Source of the DNA: Octopus bimaculoides
Lineage: Eukaryota
Length of the DNA stretch: 64,000 bases
NCBI RefSeq assembly: GCF_001194135.2
Contig: NC_068989.1
Location: 29,688,355-29,752,354 of the forward strand
Direction: 5' to 3'
The translations under genes were made by a program, and so were the position numbers. Below, piece after piece: positions 54,187-64,000 of this stretch; the first letter of the stretch is position 1, and each line of letters opens with the position of its first letter. Under the pieces are notes generated by a model. The model saw only the letters and a program-made list of their open reading frames with translations, searched no databases and had not been told where the DNA came from.

Positions 54187-54410
54187 AAGCTGGTGAGCTG
54201 GCAGAATCATTAGAACACTAGGCAAAATGCTTAGCGGCATATCCATCTTTAAGTTCTGAGTTCAAATTCCGCTGAGGTCAACTTTGCCTTTCATCCTTTC
54301 GGGGTCGATAAAGTAAGTACCAGTGAAACACTGGGGTCATTGTAATCGACTAGTCCCCTCCCAACAAATTTGAGGCCTTATACCTCCAGTAGAAAGGATT
54401 ATTATTATTA
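54187..54410 (+). mobile_element. Family B SINE (third in tandem), well preserved
   Basis: ggtgagctggcagaatcattag...gaggtcaactttgcctttcatcctttcggggtcgataaagtaagtaccag...(ATT)n. Confidence 0.9.
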
Positions 54411-54414
54411 CGTG

Positions 54415-55090
54415 TAACTTCTTTTGAATTCTGCATCTTTTCAATAACTTGCTGGGTGTCACCCTGAAACCTGGGGCAAAATTTGGTAATATGCACATTT
54501 AACAATCAACTGACTTCCATCTGTCATCATAAGGGCATAAACAAAACAGTAAACATCTTTGAAAGTTATTTCAATGGATAATGTCCTTCTCAAGACATGT
54601 AGTGTCAGTCAACACTATTTTCTCTGTAACTCTTGCAGGGATGGCTTTCCAGGTATCTGATCCCTTTTTTATCATTCCAAGTGCACCGGCTACCACTGGT
54701 ATTGTACAGGCCTTACAATAGCTCATTTTTCCAATTTCAATTATCAGCTCCTTGTATTTACTGAGGTTTCACAATTCTTTCCAGAAGACACTATGATCAG
54801 ATTTTCTTGTGTCAATTAAAGGCATGTTTTTATTTTATGGTCCTTTACAATTATATCAGCTCTTCTGGCCGTGACCATTCTGTTGGTGTTCTGTCTTTAT
54901 GCCATAAGAACTGCATATTACCCAATATAAATAAATATTGCCCTACTCTTGTCACGCTTAGTTTTATACTCCTGGAGGGTATAAAAATCAACACTTTGGA
55001 TCAGTGCCATTTCTGATGACACTGGCTTGAAAGCTGAGCATTGAAAAATACTGGTCTTGTGCAGGCAAAATGAAGCCCTCACTCTCTGCT
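54415..55090 (-). mobile_element. R4/Dong-like RLE LINE, 3' fragment
   Basis: TNRMVTARRADIIVKDHKIKTCL, PVVAGALGMIKKG, QIPGKPSLQELQ..TLHVLRRTLS, followed by a (TAA)n tail. Confidence 0.8.
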
Positions 55091-55651
55091 CATGAAATAT
55101 ATTTTGAAGTTACTTTTTATTTCTTAATCACTTCTGTCCTTTTCTGTCATTATTATTATTATTGTTGTTGTTGCTGCTAATATTATCATTATTATTATTG
55201 CCTACCACTACTTTTGTTAAAGCACTGCATATCATGAATGTTCGGAAAATCAGTTTCAGTCGTAGCAGTTTTACATGAGCTACTATAGGCATGACTAGTA
55301 GAGTAAGGTCTAACAGAGTGTGTTTGGGTTATACTCATGCCTGAATCAATGCTATTATTACTAAGGAAGTGTTTATTAATTTAGATATGATCAATAGTAG
55401 TGATATTATTGGCTAAATTTGGTGCAATAGAAAAAGAGATCTTAATAGGATGCGTATTAAAGATTCTTCTATATTTACTAGAAGGAAGAAAATGACATTC
55501 TAATGGACTAAAAAATTTCTTCAATAGTTGCATTTATTGTACCAGGAGGGTTATACCACAAAACTTTATTTTTATGTAACCAATATTGGTGTTGAGTATG
55601 ATTGTCATTTTTACTGTTATTTTCCTTATCATTATTATTATTATTATTATT

Positions 55652-55960
55652 TAGGTGACAAGCTGGTAGAATCATTAGCATACTAGACAAAATGCTTAGT
55701 GGCACTTCTGTCTTTATGTTCAGAGTACAAATTCCGCAGAGATTAACTTTTGCCTTTCATTCTTTAAGGATTGATAAAATAAGTACCAGTCAAGTACTGG
55801 GGTCAATGTAATCAATTGACTTACTCCTAACCCTAAAATTCAGGCCTTGTGCCTATAGTAGAAAAGATCATTATTATTATTATTGTTATTATTATTATTA
55901 ATTTTATGATTATTATTATTAGTAGTAGTAGTAGTATTACACTATTACAATTACCATTAT
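55652..55960 (+). mobile_element. Family B SINE with long (ATT)n/(AGT)n tail
   Basis: aagctggtagaatcattagcatactagacaaaatgcttag...caggccttgtgcctatagtagaaaag. Confidence 0.85.
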
Positions 55961-56044
55961 TATTCATATTCTTCTCTTTAATCCTCTTCCCATTATTGTT
56001 TATGGCTTGTGAGGGCTGTACAAGTCATACACAAAGATGCAGTA

Positions 56045-57240
56045 AGTAAAGTGAGTGTCAACAATGACTTCAATGATGAATTTAACATAAAGGTAGGAAC
56101 TCATCATGGTTTAGTCCTTAGTCTTCTTTTCACCATAGTTCTACAGGACATCACATGGCTGTCCATGGGAACTATATGTTGATGAAACTATAGTAGAATT
56201 AGAGAGGAAATACCAAGCATGGAAGCTAAGTCTAGGATCAAGAGACTTCAATGTAAACTTAGAAAAGGCAAAGGTTTTAGGAAGTAGGAAAGAGAACAGA
56301 ACCCTGGCATCTTCTGCTTGACATGCAGACACAGAGTAAGGATAAACTCCATATGCTACATCCAATATAAGCTACAGATACACAAAAGGTATAATGGAAT
56401 CGCGGACAGAATAAAAGTAAGCTTTATATGTGACATGCACTGAAGCAGTATGTACAAGCACACTAGAAATAGATTCTTTTATGACTCACTAGAAGTAGCT
56501 GATAGCTTTCATTACCTAGGAGATGCAATTAGTATGAGAAGTGGTTGCTCTGAAAATATAGTAGCCAGGTTAACAACAGGTTGGAGTAAGTTCAGGGAGC
56601 TACAATTGTTGTGAGCAACAAAAGTGTTTTCCTTCAGAGTAAAAGGTGAAAGGTAGACTGTATGACACACGTGTTAGAATTGTGATACTTCAAGATGAGC
56701 CAACAGCAACGGCAGTATGTAGCTAAAAGTAAACAAGAGAAAACCTTCAATGGGGTCCCTCCATTGTCATCTGATGGTGACTGAGGAAGCTTGTGGTCAA
56801 ATTGCCTGTAAGAGTTTTATGTACTGCTAACAGAGGTGCTGTCTGCAAGGTGAGAATTAGTACTGGGTATAGAAGATAGAGGTTCATCATGGCTCAGTTC
56901 TTTATCCCTTCCTATTCATCATAGTTCTCCAGGCTATAACAGAAGTTAAGACTAGATGATCATGGGAACTCCTACAAGCTTATGTTCATATAGCTGCATC
57001 AGTAGAATTAAAAGAGAAATTCCTTGTGTGAATTGGAGTCAAAAGGCTTCAAAGTTAACTTGGCAAAGATTAAAAGTTTAGTAAGTAGGAAAATAATAGA
57101 GAGGACTACTTCCAAGAAGGAAATGGAATTGTTTGATATACAGAAAAGGAGTACATAGAAATTCCATGCAGTGTACCCAGTGCAGACTATAGACACGCAA
57201 GAGGTGCAGAGCTGAAGACCTGCCCATCACAGTGAAGCTG
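56045..57240 (+). mobile_element. Old RTE RT fragments (two partial copies)
   Basis: DEFNIKVGTHHGLVLS..CPWELYVDE..FNVNLEKAKV (56.05-56.3 kb), and a second HHGSVL..IVLQAITE segment at 56.85-57.2 kb. Confidence 0.75.
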
Positions 57241-57299
57241 AGGTTCTGGAAACATAATGTGTATGTAAACAACTGGGCCCCTTGCCCAATTTTTCCCTG

Positions 57300-59075
57300 T
57301 TAAGTTTTCCCAACCCCTTCATTTCCTTATCACTCTTCTGCTGCAGAACTACACATTTCATCTCTTTCTGTGTTACCAGTTATCTTACCCTCTTCATGAA
57401 TCACTTTCTTTTGATGCCCATTCCTCATTCTTAACATTATATTTTCTATTGGTCACCCTGCCTGTACTCCTGGTTATCTTTCTCCATCTTCTGAATCACT
57501 TTCTATTGACACTTATACCACATTCTTACACTATCTCATATCTACCATCAACCACTTCCACCATTATTCACCATTCAGTACATTCACCCTTATGTACCTC
57601 CGACCATTTCTATCCCTATCACTGTGTCTCTCTCACTCTTGCAATTTTTACTCACCCACCAGCACCTGTGATCTCCTTATCTCTCACCCTTCCCCCCATC
57701 TACTGTATTGGTATTATTCTGCTCCTTTCTACCTTTTCCATACTACTTCTATTGATATCCATCCCTCATTCTTATCACCTTCCCATCAACTCATATTTCC
57801 CATCAACTCATATTCCCCATCAACAACCTCTCCCTTCCAACTTTATTCTCCATTCACTACATTCACCCTTACCCAATTTATAACCATCTCTATCCCTTTG
57901 CACACACACATACACATTCTTTCAACCTTCATCCAGCTATTCTTGATCTTCTGTCCTCACATTCTCTTCTATTCACGTTCATGTACCTTAAAGGTACACC
58001 ATCATCTTGCTTTCCAGTACTACCCTAATTACTCTCACCTACCCTGCAGCAAGAAACCTGTTACTGTCCTTCTGTCATACTTTAGCTTCTCAATACAGAG
58101 CATAAAACCACTTCCCTCTCTACTATATCTCACTCAACCAAGAAGGCTCTTCCATAGCAACTTCACAAGTTCTGATGCCATGAAAGCATCTGTGTAAAAT
58201 GGCTGGTGTTAAGAAGGGCATTCAACTGTAGAAACCATGCCAGAGTAGACATTGCAGCATAAAGCAGTCCTCTCATTGAATACATGCCATCCAGTATATG
58301 CCTGCTTGGAAGATAGACATTAAATGATGACACATTGATCACCTCCCTGAGTCACCAAATAATCTCTCAGTCTCTACCATCTTACACTATTCACTATACC
58401 CGTCTTTCCACACATCATTTCTTCTCACATTCTTCTTCTATTTACTGTATCATAATTATGATTCTGCTGCTTTTCAACTCACCCTTTCTTTCTATACTAT
58501 CAGCCATCTACTCTCCCAACTTAAGTATCACTAGTTAACCTCTATCCAGCATTCCTTACATCCACTCCTCAACCTCAATGTCCCCTACTCTTTCCAACTG
58601 TCTCCATCTATCATCCCTCAGCACTTGTTTATTATATTCACTCTCACCCATTCCCCATCTCCACCCCCCCCACCCCCAATACTTTGCAACCTCTACCCAC
58701 CCACACTCCTGTTCTCCTATCTACTTCTTATCACCTGTCTTTTATCTCTTTCCAGCTTCGCCTTGGCCATTCCCACATTTTCTGCTATAATGTGAGTAGC
58801 CCTGTAGCTCCTCTACAGCAACAAACCTGTTCAACTCAGTCCCCTTCTGTCACACTTTAACCTTCATAACCTAATATAAAGCTGCCTCCCTCTCTACTGT
58901 AGCCCTATTCAGTCAAAGTCTTGCAAAATTACTAAAGTCATGCAAGCTGCATGGCAACCTCACTAGTGCTGGCACATAGTACATGGGAGTATGATGCAGG
59001 CCTCTGACCTGTTGGATCCTATCAAACTGCCCAACCTATGCCAGCATAGAACATGGATGTTAAATGATTGAATGA
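57300..59075 (+). repeat. Pyrimidine-rich degenerate repeat; two units each ending in a family D tail
   Basis: G-poor plus strand. 58040-58140 resembles 58800-58920, each followed by an aagggcattcaactgtagaaacc / gatgttaaatga-type tail. Confidence 0.5.
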
Positions 59076-60084
59076 TAATGAATTGATACAGTCAATTATA
59101 TCAACAATGTCTGATCAAATCTGAAAGGATGGAATTCAAAGTATCTTGACAAAATTTCAATTCAGGAATGCAAGGAAGATAAACAAGATGCAATAAAGAA
59201 GCTATTTTGTTCCTGTTGTTCATAACCTATTGCACACCAAGATTTTTGCAAGATATCTAAAGTGCAAACTGCATTGGGCTACTGAACATAAGATAAGGGG
59301 TCACTATTTGTCAAGAATTTTAAAATAACTAAATGTTCAGTACATTTGATTCTATTAAATGTTTATAATATCTATAGCTGTGATTAAATTGAAACTTAGA
59401 AGGAGCTTAATAAGATTACTAAAGTAGAATATTAACATGTAACACAAAAATACAAATGATAGTCATGTGTAGAAGCTCCCTGTAATCATCTGAGTCCTAA
59501 GAACATACAAAGAATTTGTTTTCATGCAAAGCTGGATGGCATATCAGAGCCCATCCCTTTCCAAACAATGAAGAAATCTGAATTCAACAATGTTAATGAA
59601 TATTTGTCAGTTAGATAGTTTTGATTTGTACCTATTGGTAGTATTTACTTGTAACTAGGCAGGCTGGGATGTTTGAGATGTGTCCTAGTCTAAGACACAG
59701 TCCAATGATGGCAATTAAATCCAAATTATAGCTCCTTAGGCTGGCAGTTTGACAACCTATCAACTCAACCATTTCTCTAGAATTTGACTCTTGCTAAACT
59801 TTTACTTAAAGAAGTCAAACATTAAATAGGTGCAGACAAAGTTATGAGGTTAGAAAGTTCACCTCACAGCCATGCAGTTTGGGAATTTGTTCCACTTGGG
59901 AGAGTGCCTTTTATTATAGTCCTGGATAAATCAATGCCTCAGAAGTGAATTTCATGTGTGTATTAGAGTGTGCATGTCTGTTTGAGGTGAATCTGATATT
60001 CCAGTTTTGTTTATCATTCTTAGAGCAAAGTGGTGATATGATGTTTACAATCCTCATTGACATTATGATTGGTTGCTCTGTGCT

Positions 60085-60390
60085 TTCAAAGACATTTGGA
60101 ACAAAAAAAATTCTTTACTTGAAAAACAGGGAAAGGTTGGTGATGAAGAGCATCCAGTTGTCCAATGCCATCTGAAGTAAATCCTCATACAAACCCATGG
60201 AAAAATGAACAAATGAGATTAAAGAGATTGGTTTTCTCAGAGGTGTCACCGACATTATCATCTAATCACTATCATCATCACTTAATGTCCATTTTTCATG
60301 CTGGCATGGGTTAGACAGTTTGACAGGATCTAACAAGCTGCAGGGCTGCATTGAGCTCCAGTGTCAGCTTTGGCATGGTTTCAAATGCCA
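60085..60390. mobile_element. Two family D fragments in opposite orientation
   Basis: ggttggtgatgaagagcatccag...catggaaaaatgaac (+) and catcatcacttaatgtccatttttcatgctggcatgggtt (-). Confidence 0.65.
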
Positions 60391-61485
60391 ATGACAAATA
60401 AGGAATGTTTCACAAATGTGCATGTCATCTTTGTACAGGGGCCAGGATAATCTGTGTATTAATCCAATTTTAGTATATGTGGATTACAATGTGAAGAAAT
60501 TTACTTTTAATATATTTTGTATTATAGTAAAGCATTAAACTCCAAGAAAACTGGTGATGTTCTGCATCATTAAAAAATATACGAATAATTCAAACAATAG
60601 AACAAGAATTATATACTTTATAGTTAATATTTTCCTTTAAAATAATGTTAATGAAATTTCTAACAGTGTGTTTTTGTTTTTTTATATGTTTTACTGAAAA
60701 ATCTAACAAAATTAATATTGAATATTGAATCAAGTATTGGTATGATTGATTAAATATATATTGAAATATTATATCCGGACCCCAAAGAGTTTCCAGAATG
60801 AAATTGTAAAACAATGAGACAAGACAAAGAAAAACTTTTCTGTATGAATCCCATAGAAAAATGGATGCTAACTTGAAAATAAATATAAATTCATTTGAAC
60901 TCTGTATTTCTTGCTTGAGATACCTCGATTCAATCAAAGATGAGTATATAATTTCTTGATATTTCTCAAAAGAAATCTTTAAAAAATCTTAAAGGTAAAT
61001 AATATTGGTAATCATTACATTTTAAAATCACATTGACTGACAATTAAATAATTGTACATGTAATTTTAATCAGGAATTAATAAACTCCTTAAAATGTAAC
61101 GGGGTTACAAAACCTTAAAAATCTTTTTTCAAATCCAAACTAATACTGAATGAAGAAGATTCTAAGACAACTTCTCAAATATTACTGCTGGTATTGTTGT
61201 CACAATAACTTACCCTACTTATTCCATTAGAGTAGTTGGAAACAGGAAGAAAACATTTTCTAACAGCTATGAAAAATTCACTTTCATAAGAAAGTAATTC
61301 CTTTAAAATGTTATATATTCAATGTATTGTTATCTGCTTTATGTACTTATGTTTACTCCCTTATATTTTAATTGATTTGATGCCTTTTCAAATATTAATG
61401 AATAAGGCCATTCCTTAACTGAATAGCACTTTTGGAACTATGACAATGAGACATTGATATACATATTACTTCAGATGATTTACAT

Positions 61486-61790
61486 CAGGAGTTCTCAACC
61501 ATTTTTATCTATGTACCCCTTTGATCACTATTTTATTTTGGTGGACCCTATAGCCATTTGCTCTTTAAAAACTAGTTTTATAGATACTTCTTCCAAAATT
61601 CCTATTTCGTTTTCAATACATTGACATGTGTAGGTTGAACTATGTAAAACATTAGAGAAAGAAACCTGACTGTTTCTTGCAATACATACCAATACATTCT
61701 AGGCAAAATTTTTTCAGGGGCTCCTTAAAATACTATCGTGGATCCTCCAATTTACTATTTTGTTGTGTCGACCCCGGTTGAGAACCACTG
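61486..61790. mobile_element. hAT-type MITE
   Basis: TIRs caggagttctcaacc / ggttgagaaccactg (13/15) and a perfect 8-bp TSD ATTTACAT (61478-61485, 61791-61798). Confidence 0.92.
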
Positions 61791-62088
61791 ATTTACATAA
61801 TAATTGATATGACATAATTAAATCAATCTTCGAAACTTCAAATAATAATGTATACTAAATTTGATTAAAATATGTCTACAAGAATATTAACAACTACGTA
61901 GTGACTTTAAAATGTTATAATCTTTTAAATTTGATCAAATGATTTAGCAAAAAGTAATATACATATTTAATCATACAGAGACACAAATTAAACAAATATT
62001 GCCATATCTGAATCAATTTGACATGGAAAAGCAGTCTCCAAAGGTTGAATAATTTTTTAAAATAGAAAGAAAAAGACTAATTTCTTTA

Positions 62089-62548
<460 letters not shown>

Positions 62549-63639
62549 TTAAAAGTAACTCTAACAAAGCTTCAACAATAGAACAGAAATAAAATGAATA
62601 GTTAATTTAGAATTTTGTACCAATTTATTTTAATTCTGAAATGCGTATTGAAATGTTTCAAAGGTTTTATTAAAAGAATGAAGAAAATGCTAAATACTTT
62701 TGTTAAACATCTTCAGTAACTAAAGTCATAACAAAAATCAAAAATTCAACTATGATACATTTATCACAATCGCAAGATACAATCGTGACTGGTCAACATT
62801 TTGAAAAATGTCAATTATGAAACAACTTTAACAACTTTATTGAAATGCTTATTACAGGAAGAGAATCGTTTCTTTTTTTGTTTTGTTTTTTTCAGGGCCC
62901 TTATAATCCATTGGTTCAAACATAAAATCGAAATTATGTCGAAAAGAAATAAAGATATTTTTCCCCTTCGAGACATATAAAAAGTATGAGTTTAGAATTG
63001 CCGATATATCTTGGGCTGGGGGTGAAGTTTAATGTTCATGTCTTTCCCTAGAGTATTAGAAATATGCATATGAAATTATTTCAGCGGAAGTTGAAACCCG
63101 ATCTTGAATTCAGATCGTCATGAACTTACCTTAGACACATAGAATCACTAAGTAGAACACTATATTTTAATGACTAGTAGGGACACAGTATTTCGTTATG
63201 CAACCATAATAACTATATTTTAAGCGATAAGTAAAAATGTCATAAGAATCCGTGTTAAGTAAAATCTGAGCTGGCGTAGATTATTCACTCCCTCCCAGGC
63301 TGATCATTCAAAAGAGAGAGATTTCTGATAACTATAATAATAATATTGAGTCAATTTGTAAATGTTTAGATTCTTTTGCAAGAATGTCATTATAATATCA
63401 GTGAGAAAAATAGTAAAAATAAAGAAATAGGAATACATTTGCATTGTAAAAGTACGACAGAAATATGGAAGTTATAGCGAATTGCATCGATAGTTAGAGG
63501 AAACTGAAGTGAAATAAAGAAGAAAAGTAAATAACATTTATGAATTTCAGAATATCTATATACATGTGTGTCTATGTTACGTAGGCGAAAGAGATAAGGA
63601 GAGCTAAAATCTTTTTTTTTTTTTTTTTATAAAATACGG

Positions 63640-64000
63640 GTACAGAAAGAGGGCGGGTATGAAAGAAAGCAGCTTAGACTATGCCTACAGCACAATCATA
63701 ACAAAGTTTACCCACTTTTCTCTTTCGACTGTTATCTCGGTGCTAGCTAGATACACGTTAGTGGACTTAATATTCTTCAGAAAAAAAAGAGGAGTATTTG
63801 GGGCGGGGTGTCTATTTTGGTCGTTTTTAACTTGGTTGATGTCGGTTACGATGGAAGTCTCTCACTACTAAATTTGTTTTGCATAGCTGAGAGAGTACTC
63901 ACAAGAGTGAAATGAAACAAAGTAGAGTCGCTTATTGTGAGAAATAAATTAACGAAGAGTAGAGCAGCTCAACTTTCCAAGACATTGACTAAACAACAAT
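63640..64000 (-). promoter_or_regulatory. Candidate par-3 promoter or upstream non-coding exon region
   Basis: Two GC-box-like motifs (gggcggg ~63650, ggggcggggt ~63800), more CpG than the surrounding DNA, and a minus-strand GTGAGT donor-like site at 63897-63902. Confidence 0.3.

Noticed and set aside
57449-58790. 144-aa and 201-aa ORFs
   Set aside because: They stay open because the G-poor composition depletes stop codons, and they show no domain motifs.

Overview
AT-rich eukaryotic scaffold with 8 N-gaps. The SINE repertoire and gaps flanked by (AT)n point to an Octopus genome (inferred from recall, no database search run). The only host coding sequence I can support is the first coding exon of par-3/bazooka (PARD3) on the minus strand at 62095-62214. 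It encodes 40 aa and ends at the same phase-0 intron position as human PARD3. I found no second exon, so 1-62094 is probably one very large intron. That intron is packed with transposable elements: three tRNA-derived SINE families, two RTE LINEs, HERO-like and R4/Dong-like LINE ends, a CR1-like endonuclease fragment, two Penelope-like elements, a Ty3/gypsy (Mag-like) LTR element, an IR-DR Tc1, a mariner, a FLYWCH-MULE and hAT MITEs. The most unusual observation is a tRNA-headed SINE (36.6-37.0 kb) carrying a minimal type I hammerhead-ribozyme motif. It is preceded by an inverted copy of its own tail that ends 1 nt from the predicted cleavage site. A fold-back, tail-only relative sits at 14.7 kb. 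Together they suggest a ribozyme-bearing SINE mobilised by Penelope-like machinery. There is no CRISPR array, rRNA or true tRNA gene. Most ORFs in the supplied track are N-gap, microsatellite or TE artefacts.
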